Assembly (NCBI RefSeq): GCF_009914755.1
Contig: NC_060939.1
Source of the DNA: the human T2T-CHM13v2.0 reference genome, Homo sapiens
DNA: 64,000 bases
Reading direction: 5' to 3' (one strand)
The translations under genes were made by a program, and so were the position numbers. The notes beneath the pieces were generated by a model. It ran no database searches. It was not told the DNA's origin and worked only from the letters and a program-made list of their open reading frames with translations. Every line of letters begins with the position of its first letter. Within the stretch, counting starts at the first letter, position 1. Positions 1 to 18,060 of the stretch are shown piece after piece.

Positions 1-479
1 TAACAAAAAGTCGTAATTGCTATACAGATTTTGGATTCAAACAAGCTACTTAAGCCAAGCTATTTGCTCCAGAACTTCAAACACTTTTGTAATCCCGTCA
101 TGTTAAGTAGGCATGTGTTCCCACAAATATTTTTGTGAGTTGTGTTGATAACTGTTCATAACTTCACAGCCCATAAGTTTCACCAGGCTTTTGGGCTCCA
201 CTATATTGATATACCTGTTTCTTCAAAACTTGAATATCCAAGGCCTGCATGCACCAATCCAACGTAGCCTCAGCATTCAATAAATAGAATCTTTTGGGCA
301 ATTAGGTTCTCCTGTGACTCATACTTCCTTTTCTTCCTGATTTTAAAGTGTAAGTCAATAGTTATAACATTTTCAGCCTGCAATATATTTTAATTAGGCT
401 TATTTCATAAAGAAGTAAACCTTAACCGATAGCTAAAACAATTCACGAAGGCTCCAAATGCATCCACTGCATGAAGAAA

Positions 480-860
480 ATGTTTTTTAATTATAACAAA
501 CTGGGAACAGAAGGGAATTTCCTAAAATTGATAAAGAACATCTATTAAAAATACATGAAAGTTAATACTTAGTGGCAAACAATAGAAATATCCCTGGTCT
601 ACTCAGAAACAAGATATGCATGCCTGCCATTTCTGACTTTATTCAACATTTGACTGGTCTACATATACAGCACAATAAAATAAGAAAATAAAGTAGAAAT
701 ACAAGGATATGAAAGAAACACAATTGTTGCAATGAATAAAAGTAGGTTTCTAGACAAAGAATTTGCAAATAAAAAATAAGCAATGTTTCTATATACTAGC
801 AATAATCAATTAGAAAATATAAGATCTTTTTCTCTAAAGGTTTCATCCACTGTAGGAACA
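480..860 (+). mobile_element. Old L1M LINE-1 ORF2 fragment (host element, resumes at ~3707)
   Basis: Degenerate L1 ORF2-like text (gaagggaatttcctaaaattgataaagaacatcta...ttattcaacatt); boundaries approximate. Confidence 0.6.
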
Positions 861-869
861 AAAATCCTA

Positions 870-3360
<2,491 letters not shown>

Positions 3361-3403
3361 AAATGTGAAAAGTAAAAACAGCAAAAACTTTTAAAAAAAC
3401 CTA

Positions 3404-3733
<330 letters not shown>

Positions 3734-4118
3734 TCAAGATAATTCTATAGAAAAATTTAATAATAATACGAAACTCATAAGAAAAGGCATAAATATATCA
3801 TGTTTGTGGAGAAGACTCAATATCATAAAAGTAGCCATTCTCCCCAAGTTAAACTATAACTTCAATGCAATTGCAATCAAAATTTCAACACCATTGTTAT
3901 AAAGCTGATTCTAAAATTTCTATGAAAAATAAAAGGATAAGACAACTAAGACAATTTTGAGTGGAAGAAGAAGAGATGAAGTGGTTATGTCCCATCAAAT
4001 ATCAAGACAATTATTACAAATCTGTAGTAAATAAATGTATTCCTGCAGTATATGCAGGAAGAAATAAACAGACTAATGAAACAAAATTGAGCCCAGGAAA
4101 AGATCCACATTTATAGAG

Positions 4119-4652
4119 TGCTATGGTTTGAATGTGTCCTCCAAAGTTCATATGTTGAAAACTTGATCCCCAATGCAACAGCATTGAGAGATGGGGACTT
4201 AAGAGGTGATCAGGTCAGGAAGCCTCTGCCTCTATGAATAGACTAATGTCATAATCACAGGAGGGGATTCATTATTGTGGGGGTAGATTTGTTATAAAGT
4301 GAGTTCAGTCCTCTCTTGCTTGCTCTCTCTCTCTCTCTCTCTGTATCTCTCTTTCTTTCTCTGTCTCTCTCTCTCTTTCTCACTCTTACTCTTTCACACA
4401 CACTCTCTTTCTCTGTGTGTGTCTGTCTTTCTCCTCTCTCTCTCTCTCTTTCTAATGCAAGCATGCATACTCATGCATGCTGTCTTGCCCTTCCACCTTC
4501 CACCATGGAATGATGTAGCAAGAAGGCCCTTGCCAGATGCCAGTGTCTTGACCTTGGACTTAGCCTCCAGAACTGTTAAGAATAAATATTATTCATTATA
4601 AATTATACAGTCTCAGGTATTCTGATATAGCTGCAGAAAATAGACTAAGACA
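4119..4652 (+). mobile_element. MST-family (MSTB-like) MaLR solo LTR
   Basis: TG...CA termini (tgctatggtttgaatgtgtcc ... gaaaatagactaagaca), aataaa near the 3' end, degenerate 5-bp TSD tagag/taggg. Confidence 0.88.
4311..4452 (+). repeat. Compound (TC)n-rich microsatellite inside the MST LTR
   Basis: ~140 bp of tc repeats with short ca/tg interruptions. Confidence 0.95.
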
Positions 4653-7099
4653 TAGGGAAACTTCGTATTTGCCAGATGGATGGAAATGACAGACAGTTAA
4701 ATAAACAGTACAAGGACAATTATTTATCCACATGGAAAAATGTAAAACATGTTCAAAATTATATTCCAGATAGATTAAAGACCTAAATGAGAAAAGCAAA
4801 GTTTTAACCCTTTTAAAAGGAAATATTGGAGAATATAAGAAAGGCTTTTGTAAATAAGACAAAATAAGGACAAGCCTTTAAAAAAAAAAAAGACTGATAC
4901 ACTTGACTTCGTTAAGATTTTAAATTTCCATATGCAGAAGATATCATAACCACACAAAAAAAGACAAACCATATACTGGGAAAATATATTTGCAACACAC
5001 ATAACAAATAAAGAATAGGACCAGAATAGATAAATAATGTTAACAAATCAATTAAAACTTTTTAAAAGCTCAGTAGAAAACCACAGAAGGCTATGACCAG
5101 AGGAAAGCAAGATGCAATTAAAAATGTTGAAAATGTCGTCTACAACAGTAACAAAAGAAATGCGAATTAAAACTATGGGATGCCACTTCATCCTCAAAAG
5201 ACTGATAAACATTTTAAAGTTTGATATTTTGAAGGATGTATGAAGACAGGAGAAACAGTATCTCTCATATGTGCTGGCAGGAGGGAAAATTGATACAACT
5301 ATGTTCTAAAAGGCAGTATCTGATAAAACCAAAGAAATAATTTTTAGCCAGTTCTTCCACTTCTAGTTATATATTGTAAAAACATTCCCATATGTGTACT
5401 AAGAAGAGTATACAAGGATGTTAATTACAGTACTATTTATGAAAGCAAAATTAAATTTTTATAAACCTATATATTATCTTTGGGAATACAAAATGAATCA
5501 TACAATTGAATACTACATTGTAATTTTTTTTAGTGAACCTAATTTTCATGTATTAGCATGGATAGAACTAAAAGCTATGTTTGAGTGAAATATGTATTAA
5601 ATGTTGTGGTAGGTAGAAACATGACTTCCTATTAGATTTTTAACCTTTTTGTGTGCATGAAATATTCTATAATTTAAAAATAATAACAAACCACTGTTTT
5701 ACACAACATCAATCAGAAGGCTAAATCTGGGAATTTCCTAAATTATTTTCCTCTTGTGAATTAGTCAGTGGACAGAAGGTACAACATTTGACAACAAACT
5801 GGTCAATAAATTACTTCACTAAATTTCTACTGATAGTTTATTGTTCATCAGTAGGATGTGTCACAGATACAAATGAATTTGTTAAATATTGAAGTGATAA
5901 AATAACCCTTGTCAAAATGGTAATATGGCCACCCTCCTTTGGACATATTATAAGGGACTCTAAATGAAAGCAACCCACAAATTTTCAAGGTTTCAGGCCA
6001 AATCTCTGCCACTAATGAATCCTAAGAATTTGAGAAAATTGCATTTCCTCTTTGACCCTCAGTGTCATCTTCTGTGTTATAAAGGTTTAAACTAGGGAAT
6101 TCCTACGTATATTAATACCAGTAACTCAGTGACCTATAATTTGACTTGAGAATAAAAAAGTAAACTCAAGCGCAAGTAAAAAATAAAAATAAAAATCAGT
6201 CATCTAATAATTTCTTAAGAAGAAAACAACTACTAATTAAATAGACATAATGGATTGATTACATTGAAAATTTAAGCCTCATCAACAGCACAAAGCATAA
6301 TCTATTGATTGCCTGGTTTTTGTAGGTCGGTAGCTGGTTAGCAACTGAATTTAGAATATTTGCAAATATACAGCTTTCAAAATCCGGTGCTCTTTTTGAA
6401 GTCAGACTCTGCTACAGGCAAACTAAACATAGCTTCAATTTAACTTCAAGATGTGTCCATAACAACTGATTACCCCCAAATCCTTCTATTTTTCTCTCCC
6501 AATGGGAAAATGCAAAAGTTTTAAATACCTCTATAATTATAGTAAACACAGACAACCATCTCTAAAATTGCAGTGTACTATTTGGTGTTCCTAACCTATG
6601 GGCTGTCTATAAAGAGCTCTATTAAAGGAGTCCATCTGGGAAGTGGAATGAAACACCAGATGCCAGGTGTTTAAGAGGGAATGCAAGGTTTTTTCCTTCT
6701 TCTTTTCGGTATTAAATGAAAATGGTTTTTCTATAGCCATTTTCTAGATTATATGGGGAAAACTTGGAAATCTGTCTGAAATTACATTATCTATAATATT
6801 AAAGAAAGTTTTCAAATTCAAACTAACAATTGGTATGAGAGTAAAATAGCTCTCATAATCCCAGTATCTTGAAGGGCTTTCACCTCCTTGCTGTTCCTTC
6901 TAAACCCCCAAAAGAAAAAAAAAATCTAGAGTAATCCAAATGTCTATAATATGCAACCCGTGATTAAAAATATGTTTGGCAGTCATTATTCTTTCTGCAC
7001 TTACATATATTTCACCCATCTTTTTTTGTTTGTTTTTTGTTTAGTGGTTTTTCTGCTCCCTCCATTCCTGCCATGGGTTAGGTGACATGGTTTTTTTAT

Positions 7100-7860
7100 G
7101 GTGTAGAAGCTATCGATTATATTCTTGTTCTTCTAGTGGTTTCCCTGAACATATGTACTTAGCTATATGTTTTTCTAACAGAGTCTAAATCACTTAATAT
7201 TATCCCCCCTCTTAACAGACAAGACAATGACCCTGGAACACTTGAACATTTCCCACCTCCATAAAGTTGTTCCTATCTAGCTTTTATTTCTTATTTTTAA
7301 ACACAAGATGCTATTATTTTTAATAGTCGAATTGTTCCTTTAAATTTACCAACATCTTTTAACTTCTGTGCTCACCGTGTTTTTTACATCTCTCCTGTCC
7401 CCTCTGGGTATACTTGTCTTTATGGTGTCCTTGCTCTCTGAAAAAGGGTTTGTGGGTGGAATGCCTGCCAGAAAATGTCTTTAGTTTACCCTCACCCTTG
7501 AATAACCATTTACCTAGCGATCAGATTTGAAGGTTGTCAGTCATTTTCCCCTTAGGACTTTGAAGATATTTACTTCGTATCGTCTGGAATCTATGATTAG
7601 ATGAGAAGTCTATTGGCCATCTCATTTTCTTGGAACATAATCTTTCTTTGGGATCAGGTAGTCCTTGAGATTTTCTCTTTATCCTTGATGTTCTGCAAGT
7701 TTTGCTCTGAGGTGGATTTATTTTATTTAAGTTACTTGAAACTTGAAATGCACTTTCTATCAAAGAACTCATGTCTCCTTCAACTCAGAAAAATTTTCAG
7801 CCAATTTCCCTCCAAATATTGCCAATCCAAGACTGCACTTTAGTCTTGTCTTCTATACAA
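7100..7860 (-). mobile_element. Ancient L1 ORF1 / HAL1-like fragment
   Basis: Reverse complement of 7490-7610 gives a frameshifted DFSS...IFKVLREND...-type motif resembling the ORF1p C-terminal domain. Confidence 0.65.
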
Positions 7861-10370
7861 ACAAGATTCTCTAAATTTAACCTCCATATACTTTCAGGGC
7901 ATATGACTTAGGACCAGCTCCATCAAAATTCTGAAGCTCAGATAATATGAGAAGATTTCTAAGACATATGTCACCAAATTTACATGACCTATAGATTGCC
8001 CAGAAAAATAACTTTCATAAAGAGATTCATAGCAAGGTGTATCACAGTGAAATGACAGAGAAATGGGGAGAAGGAGTCTCTAAAATATTCCTTTCACAGT
8101 ACTACTGGAAATGTAAGAAACCAGAAAATGTTTAGTTGACAGGAAACTTCATTTTCCAAAAGATAAACTTGAGACACAGCAGGATTAAAGATGATCTCAT
8201 TTTAAGATATTGTCAGATTTAAGGACTAAACCCAAAATGTCCTGAATTTCAGTACAGTATTCTTAATGCCATTTCATATCACCCTTCAAAAACATTAGAA
8301 ATACCTTAGCTATCACTTCAAAAATCCATGTCTCAGATCATTTTCGGATCCATTACAGATGGTCTTGAATATCAGGGGACAATAGAGACCTATTGAGCAC
8401 CACTGGAATAAAGAGGGATTAACTGACTCGCCCAGCAACATGGGTAAATTATTCCTCCAACATTGAGCCATACGCAGGCAGCCAAACAAGAATTATTTAC
8501 TAACAAAACAAAATGAAGCAAAACTATTGGAAATATTGTGAATTATAAGGCCTATTCAGTTGATGAACTGAATATTTGCTCACTGTATAACCAAACCCAC
8601 ACTGGTTTTCTGTGGGTGGCTACAAAAATAAATTTTCTACCAATTTCTTAAGAACTGCATTTAAGAGCTAATTGGTGGAAATTGATTTAAGTAGAAGATC
8701 TTTTCTGTGGGCTAAAGGGTTTCCAACCATAAGTACCAGAGAAAACTGATGGCTGATTAAGGAGAAGGAAAAAAAAAGGTAAATCAGGAATGGAGGCAAT
8801 TAACCAAACCAGATGAACTATGCCAGGAACATGGTTGTTCTTTAAAAGGAAGAGATAAATTGGGCCAAACAAGAGTCAGGTGTTACTTTAATCTGTCAAT
8901 TGATCAGTAATTTTAGTATTCCAGTTTGTGCTATATGCTCAGCACTAGCCTAGAGGTATCAGGGAGAAAAAAAAATTAGCAGCTAAGCTAATAAATACAA
9001 TACATTGTGTTTTCTTTACCCCTTCACAGCAAAATGAAAAGGAGAGGCTGCATAAAGGAAGGCATTCCATTTTGTCAACTCTGCATGAGGAAAAGCAGGA
9101 TGTAACTGGACTTTGCCCCTAAGTGTATAAAGAAGCTATTCTAAGTCAAACAAATACAGGTCCTCAACCTGGTAGAGGAGCCCAGAAAGGAGAGAAAGGG
9201 CACATTTTAGCTGAGCCTGGAAGGAAGAATCAAATGTAGATAGAGAAACTTGAATATGTTAAAGTGGAGTGGAAAAATAGCCTTAATCTTGCAAAAGAAA
9301 GACTGTCAGTGTTTCCCCAGTGATAAAGAAAGCTTGGGGGCTTATAGAGAAAGGAATGTATTTGAAACAATTGTTAGGGGATGGAATTAGGCAGGTAATA
9401 GACAAGAACAAATAGCAGAGCTGATGTACAGTGATCAGGAAGGAAACATAAGTTTTTTGTGTCCCATTTGGGTTTAATTATGAGTCTTTCTTTAACAGTT
9501 CTCTGTGGTTAGGGCCAGCAGACAAAAGAGGTGCCTCTGAGGGCTGGAGAATCTGATTAACAGGACCAAAAAAAGTCAGGCAGCCTGCATAGATCACCCC
9601 GAAGTTGCTGAACATTAAGTCCTTGGTGAGGAGGGAAGGGAGTCTAGCGTACATGCCCAGGGAAAACAAATTTTCAACACTGACAATTACAACTTTCAGT
9701 GAATTGGCAAGAAAAGGCTAAGAGGCCAGAATTGATGGTCCTGGGGCAAATGAAGCTAAGTAAAAGCAGGGCTAACTCCAAAGGAAGCTGGCCAACGGTG
9801 CTAATTTCATTATCACAAAGGATTTAGAAAAGTCAAGTCACCTCTGAGGTAATGAAAATACGCTTGGATCCGTTTTGGGGTAGGGAAGCACAACAGAAGA
9901 GATTAGGCAGCAGTAACACCTAGTCAAATAGGTTGCAGCCAGAAGTCCAAGGAGGTGAGTTCCTCTGGAGTTAAACAGCAACTCAGGCAACAATGCCTTG
10001 TGTACTGAGCAGGGTCCAACCCACAGGGGTAGAAGCTGAGCAGCAATCAGCTCCTCAACCAAGGGATCAGGGATCGGAACCATGCTTGAATCCCAGCATA
10101 AAAAAAGAGCACAAATCAGAAACACAGACAGAAGCCAGTCATAAAGACTGAGCACCCAGAATGGGGCCTGGGAGAAAATGCTGAACTAGGAAGAGAATTC
10201 AGGGTTCATTGAAGGCTTTTTAAGCTACAAACCATTTCTCAATTTCATCATGAATCCTACAGAATAAAAATATTCTTCTGACTCTTAATAATATATGTTC
10301 AGGCTTAGTCCTTATCAGCTCAGATTAAGCAGAGCTGGCCTCAAATTATAGGGCTCCTATTCTTGTCGCT

Positions 10371-10592
10371 TAGTGGTTCTCCAATAGGGGCAATTTTGTC
10401 CCCCAGGGAACATTTGGCAATGTCTAGAGACATTTTTTATTGTCATGATAGGTGTAGGGTTTGGGGTTGTGGGGAGCTACCAGCATTTAGCAAGTAGAGG
10501 CTAGAAATGCTGCTAAACATCCTACATGCACAGAATAGCAACAAAGAATGATCAGTGCAAAATGTGAATAGTGTGGAGGTTGAAAAACTCTG
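10371..10592 (+). mobile_element. MER20 (hAT-Charlie) DNA transposon
   Basis: tagtggttctc...ggggcaattttgtcccccagggaacatttggcaatgtctagagacatttt...gctgctaaacatcctaca...gaggttgaaaaactctg matches MER20. Confidence 0.9.
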
Positions 10593-10656
10593 TCTAGGGA
10601 TGGGTCTGGCAGGTACAGGCACCAACAATCAAGGAGAAAATTGCTATTACATGGTG

Positions 10657-10790
10657 AGTGTTCATTCATTTACTCAATCACTGCTTCAGCAAACACAGCA
10701 TTTATTATGTAGTAGAGGCTGTACTGGGCACTGGGGAGACAATGATGATTAAGAGATGGTCCCTGACTTCGAGAAGCTATAAATCTAAAA
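10657..10790 (-). mobile_element. L2 3' end
   Basis: ttcattcatt tail followed by gcatttattatg...ctgggcactgggga...ggtccctgac. Confidence 0.7.
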
Positions 10791-11065
10791 TGAAAACCTT
10801 GACTTTACAGCCTACGTTCAGTTTTATAAAAAATGCTCGGAGCCAAAAATTAATTATTGTTTCCATGTATTCTATTCGTCGCAGGGAAATTTAAATTATT
10901 CTCAAAGGCAAATTGGTTTCGGCTTAAAATCGTAGTGGGATGCCTTCAAAAGATATGGAATATGTCTAACATTTCCAAGGGCACTAACTTGAGTGTGCTT
11001 TGGAAAGAAAAGCCCAAGAACAAGAATGTGGGTAGCAGAAGTTGCAGATGGGGCCAACTTCATGA

Positions 11066-11865
<800 letters not shown>

Positions 11866-12165
11866 TGGCACAGTTTTATATGCTGGGGTTACAGCAATAA
11901 TTAAGACAAATCCTTACTTAAATTCTAGTGAAAGATACAGTCAATAAACAAGAAAACAAAATGTTTCAGAAAATGTATATGCAATACAGAAAATAAAACA
12001 GGTATGGATAAAAAGAGAAATTGGTCAGAAGTTATTTTAGTTAAGGAATTCAATAATTATTGGGTAAAGTCCTGAATGATGAGGTGACAAGCAAAGCAAA
12101 GTGGGGGAAATATTCCTGATGGAGGGAACAGCAAGGGAACAGTAGGTATAAAAGCCCTGAGGTGG
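11866..12165 (-). mobile_element. L2 fragment
   Basis: Degenerate L2 text (tgctggggttacagcaat...gagggaacagcaag...aaagccctgagg). Confidence 0.6.
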
Positions 12166-12479
12166 GGCCTGGTGCAGTGGCTCACACCTGTAATCCCCGC
12201 ACTTTGGGAGGCTGAGGTGGGCAGATCCCAAGGTCAGGAGTTCGAGACCAGCCTGGCCAGTATGGTGAAACCTCGTCTCTACTAAAAATACAACAACAAC
12301 AACAAAAAATTTAGCCAGGCTTGGTGGTGCAGGCCTGTAATCCCAACTACTCGGGAGACTGGGAAAGAAGAATCACTTGAACCCAGGAGGCAGAGGTTGC
12401 AGTGAGCTGAGATTGTGCCACTTCACTCCAGCCTGGGTGACAGAGCGAGACTCCATCTCAAAAAAAAAAAAAAAAAAAA
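12166..12479 (+). mobile_element. Alu (AluS-like), with (CAA)n in the linker
   Basis: Full dimer with poly(A); ccctgagg duplicated on both flanks. Confidence 0.96.
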
Positions 12480-13329
12480 CCCTGAGGCAGCAGGTAGACC
12501 AGATGTACCACTTCACATTTCTGAGGCAAAGATTTCATCTGTAAAATAAAGGTATTGGACCCCCCACAAAATCTCTTAAGTCCTTTTTAATTATTTTATT
12601 TAATGACTCTTTTAAGACGATTATTCATGAGTGTTCTAGGAAGAATACTGAGCTATATTTTTAAAGAAAGCAAACAGCTATATATTTAAGTGGTAAGTAT
12701 TAAAACAGCCACATCTCCAGTAGTTCAGATCAGCATTTGAGATAGCTCATTATTTATAGATCTGTTCTTCTGGTATTCTCCTCCCTCCTCATCTTTCAAC
12801 TCATAAAGACAAGGTAAAGATAATTGGTAATTATTAATCAATGGCTAAACGCTCAGGAATCCGTTGTACCTAAGGCCCATTCCCATCATAGTTTCCCTCA
12901 TCTTAAATTTATTAGTTGATACATCAAATACTGGATTCTACCTGCCAAGGATGCCAACATCCCAGTAGTTGAGACTTGAGGTGAAGTTCTGATTTTTTGT
13001 TAATTGACCGAGAAATACCTAAATCCAACTGCATCAAGCATCCCTTGAGTTTTCTTTGGAAGCTATTCACACATGGAACAACAGCAAAAGGGGAAACAAG
13101 GAACCACGTTACACATCTTTCTGGCAAGATTCCCTTGGAGTGTGTGGCTTGGGCCCAAAATCTACAAGGAGATTTACCTTCCCCTCAATCCTAAATCCAG
13201 ACCAGCACAAGCTCCTGAAAGAAAGATAATGGGTATCCTGCTAGCCTCATCTTTAGCCATTCCTCCTGTTACATTTGGGATCCAGATACATTAACATGAA
13301 TCTCATTCCTCAAATCCACTCCACTCTTA

Positions 13330-13610
13330 TTTCCAAGCATTAAGATATGACAATCTTTCTACCCCTCTCTTTATCTGGCTAAATTCAGCTCATCCAATGA
13401 GTTTCCAAGTCCTCTCCTGTGCCACCTTGTACTTCTACAATCACACTTTATCACACTGTGTTGTAAGGATGTGCTTACCTGTCTGCAACCCCCCAAGCTG
13501 TTAAGAAATAGATGACAGGTACATCTCATTCTTCTTTGTTAACCCAGAATTGTATCTATAGTCTCTGCTACAAAATAGGTGCTTAATTGTTTTTCGAGTG
13601 AGTGAATGTG
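13330..13610 (+). mobile_element. L2 3' fragment
   Basis: ...aaataggtgcttaattgttt...gagtgagtgaatg terminus. Confidence 0.55.
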
Positions 13611-14394
13611 ATTTCCATTTGTCCCTTCATTAATTTGTGTAATCCCTACTCAACCATCTTTAGATCTATGTCCTTTCAACAAAACTTTCTAATGTTTTTG
13701 AACAAGGAAAGTTTTAAGAATTGAGAACTTGCTCCTCTGATATCTTAATACCCCAAAATGAGTTTCTTTTCAAGAGTCCCTAGGAAGGGAACCACAGTAT
13801 TTTCAAAAATACAGGAGAATTAACCAAAAAATGTTCAAGAGTTAATTATTCCTGTGACAGCTGAAATAAATATACTGCCTTAGTCATCACTATTCTCTTA
13901 AACCAGCTTAAAAGAAACATGTTTGGCTTTTTGTTTTAAATAGAAACAGATTGTTCAGGGTTTGGGGGAGCCAGACACAAATCAGAAAGCCTGTCCTCTT
14001 TCATCTTATAAATCCTTGCTCTCTGCCCAGCCCTGAGATATTTACTGACCTACAGATTAAACCACCTTCTTTCTCTTCTCCAGGTGCCCTTATTTGAAAG
14101 CAGTGCTGAGCAGGAGGAGGTGGGCGAGTCCTGCTCACCTGGAACACAGGAAACTCTGAACTCAGGTAGCCTGAATCTAAACTGGGAGAGGGCATTGGGG
14201 TTGAAAATTAACTCTTGAGCTGCTTGGCCAAGCTCAGCACGTTATGGAATGATACTACTCACCAGATCAAAGGAGGAGCAAGCAGCTGATATCTGCTCCA
14301 AAATTCCTTCTGGCATTTTTCTCTCTGGCTGTGGGCCAACCTGCTATTTTTCTTTTTTTTTCTTTTTTTTTTTTTTCAATTTTTGGAGGTTTGG

Positions 14395-14605
14395 GGTTTT
14401 CTGAGTTCCTTTAATGTGCCAGGTACTGTGCTAAATGCTTTACACGCATTATTTAATTCAATCATCCATACAACCACATGAGGTATCTATTTTTATCCTC
14501 ATTTTACAAAGAAATTGAAACCCACAGAAAGCAAGTAACTTAGCCACTGACTTAATAAAATGAAAGAGGCTAGATTCAAACCCAGGTCTAATGGATTCAA
14601 AACTT
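14395..14605 (-). mobile_element. MIR
   Basis: tgtgccaggtactgtgctaaatgctttaca...atcctcattttaca...gattcaaacccaggtct. Confidence 0.8.
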
Positions 14606-14959
14606 AATATTTTTTTCCTCCACATGTAGAAATTTGTACCTTGAAATAATCACAGGAATGTGTGCAGCCTTTTGGAGTTGGCCTAAGATTAAAATGGGTG
14701 CTATGCAGCTTATAACAACACATCAATGTCATTCTGCAGGAAATCAAGAGTTGCTCCTAGCCAGAATAATATCTCCAACTGTATTGATGGACTAAGACTT
14801 TTCTGACAGTATTTTGACAAAGATTAGTTGTTTGCCCAAGTAGTTTAACTTCCTTTAACAATTAAGAATAATCCTAGCATCCAGGAATTAAATATGTCCA
14901 TCTTAAACAGCAGCCTTTCCTTTCTATATGGTATTTCCCTGAATGTGCTGTGAACATTT

Positions 14960-15300
14960 ATGTTTCAGTTACCTTTGCAAATGCTGTTCCCCAGCCTAGA
15001 ACAGCCTTCCTGTGATTTCCCAATGATGGAATTTAAAACTCTTTTCAAATTATTCATCATTTAAGTCCCAATTTTATAAAGTCTTCTACAACATCCCTAG
15101 ACACTTAAGAGTTTTCTTTAGCACTGTGTATCTGTATTTTATAACATCTATCCAGGGATATTGTAATGATTTGTCTATCTTCCCCACTACAGTGTGAGCT
15201 CCTAGAGGGCAGAGAGGGTAGAGAAAATATGATTCATCTTTGTGCTGCTTAGCCCAAGACCTGGCACTCATGGCCACTCATTAAGTGTCTGTTGAATTGA
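14960..15300 (+). mobile_element. L2 3' fragment
   Basis: tgctgttccc...tgtgagctcctagagggcag...cctggcac...tgttgaattga. Confidence 0.7.
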
Positions 15301-15574
15301 TCTACACACAACTTTGAAGCCAGCAATTCACCAGTCAGAGAGTACAATTGTGAAAACAGCTAGCTATAATGCAATTTGGAAAGACGTGCCATTAAAATAG
15401 GTTCAAGATGCTGTGGAAGCATGTACAAACAATCCAACAATTCTATTTAGAGAAAGAGCTGCTTCAGAAAGTTACACAACAAAATGATACATGAACTAAA
15501 CTTTAAGAATGAGTAACACTTCCCCAGATAGAGAGAGAATGAGAAGGAAGGCATTTCAAAGATAGAAAAGCTAA

Positions 15575-16000
<426 letters not shown>

Positions 16001-16928
16001 CCAAAGAGTAGAGAAACTGATAGGTAACTGGGATGAAGAGATTGTGATTCAGCAGATTTAGGGTAATGCTCACACATCTAAAAAAAAAAAAAAAAAACCC
16101 AAATGATTTTCAGACGGGTCGGCTGTAGATCACACTAGAGAAAATCCTGGCATAACAAATTGGCCCGTTAGCTACATAGTAAGGACCAATCCAATAGTAA
16201 AGTCTACTGGAGCCTGATTACCATGTATGAAAGCCACTATCTAATAATGAATCACTGTTACATAACAGAAAATTCTAATCTATTATTCCCAAGGACAATA
16301 ATGAAAATATAATTCTAAGAAGAGCCATGGCACTATGTGAGAACATAGAGTATGAAATGTGATATAATACACAATTGCAATTTCACAGATTGCTTGTTCA
16401 TTAAATTGTATCATTTCTCCAGCATCACCTACACTGCTGAAGGTTTTGCCAAACAAAAGCATGTTCTAGCCAGAATACAAATGGGTCGGGGGGAACCCTA
16501 CTGATTTCAAAAGAAAATGCACTTTGAGGGCAAAAGGCAAATCTTTTTAAGTAAATAGGTGTATGCAACTCTGCTTGTAATAGTTGAATATGAAACACAA
16601 GGGGTTTCTTTTCTCCTAATCAGGAGAAGAAAAGCTTTTTCCACAGTTGAATCAAAATGTGTCTTTAGTAGTGTTTATGTAATTAGTCTTAGTATAGGAT
16701 ATTTATATAATTCTATAAGTCTATAAATTAGAAAAACAGCTTTAGGGTTTAACTATATAAAAGGAACATGTATTGTGGTTGCAATTTTTTTAAATTAATA
16801 AAGATGTTGTTTGACTATATATTTACTTTCTTGAAGGGCAGTTGTCTTTTGAATATATTCATGGGCTGGTAAATATTTTGTACTTGATCAACAAAGTTGC
16901 ACTGTAGATAATTATCTCAAGAACTCCA

Positions 16929-17240
16929 GGCCAGGCACGGTGGCTCATGCCTGTAATCCCAGCACTTTGGGAGGCCAAGGCAGGCAGATCATGAGGTCAG
17001 GAGATCAAGACCATCCTGAACAACATGGTGAAACTTCATCTCTACTAAAACTACAAAACTTAGCTGGGCATAGTGGCACGTGCCTGTAATCCCAGCTACT
17101 CAGGAGGCTGAGGCAGGAGAATCGCTTGAACTAGGGAGTCAGAGGTTGTGGTGAGCCGAGATCGTGCCACTGCACTCCAGTCTGGTGACAGAGCGAGACT
17201 CCATCTCAAACAAACAAACAACCAACAACAACAACAACAA
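16929..17240 (+). mobile_element. Alu (AluSc/Y-like) with (CAAA)/(CAA)n tail
   Basis: gatcatgaggtcaggagatcaagaccatcctg diagnostic region; aactcca duplicated on the flanks. Confidence 0.96.
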
Positions 17241-18060
17241 CTCCAGTCAGGGGTTAGATCCATTTACAAATGGTATGCCAATTCTTCAGGTGTCTTCTCC
17301 ACAGCTAGAGAAAAGAGAGTTCAGAAAGGAAAAAAAAATTACCAGGAGTGCATGGCTTTGTGAGTGCCTTCAATATTCCCTTTTTATAATGCAAATTCTC
17401 CCAGGAGGGGCCACACCAGATGTTACCAATCTATTTTCCCTGCATAATTCACTGGGCTGCAACACACAGATACTCCAGAAGAGAGCAATTCTGGTCACTG
17501 CAGCACCTCCGAGTAGAGTAGAGCTTGTTAATCAGTACACTCTTCTGCCAAGAACCTTGATGTGTTTGAGAATGAAACTTGGGATTTGAGGATGGTTGGA
17601 TAGACTCTAATTTGTAGAACTGGGAGGACCCAGCTGGCATCTGGCTTACAAAGCTATTTTATTACTACACTTTAAAGGAATGTCAAGTTAAAAGCCATGT
17701 ACAAATTAGGTAAGTTACTTATAAACAAATTTTTAAATACAATTAATTTGATAGATTTAAATGCTATTCAGTCCCAGCTAGTCACTGCTGACTTCCTATC
17801 ACCACTTCTTGTTAACTGACTGACTACCTGTAGCTGAAACTGTCCTTATTGCTATATTTTCTGCACTTCTATTCCCAGTCCAATAGTAAGTTGCTTCTCT
17901 TAGTTGTCTCTGTCCCTAGGAAAGCTGTATTTCTGTCCATGACCTTGATAGACTCTCTGATGTTTTAGGTCTTCTCAGTTACCAGATCCTCATCTTTATA
18001 GGTTCCCTGAGCTCCAACTGCTGCAAGCCACATTGCAGCTGCTCATGGGCTGAGCCCCTC

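Noticed and set aside
4255-4601. ER-rich and SL-rich ORFs
   Set aside because: Translations of the (TC)n microsatellite.
9420-10200. More GC-balanced stretch with ORF 9838-10155 and LTR-like feel
   Set aside because: Could not match it to a family or protein; probably an old LTR remnant, needs a Dfam search.
16520-16830. 3'UTR-like AT-rich text with aataaa near 16797
   Set aside because: No poly(A) tail, TSD or upstream coding homology to support a processed pseudogene or exon.
17148-17589. ORFs with poly-Q / poly-N runs
   Set aside because: Runs come from the (CAA)n Alu tail; non-ATG starts; no recognisable homology.
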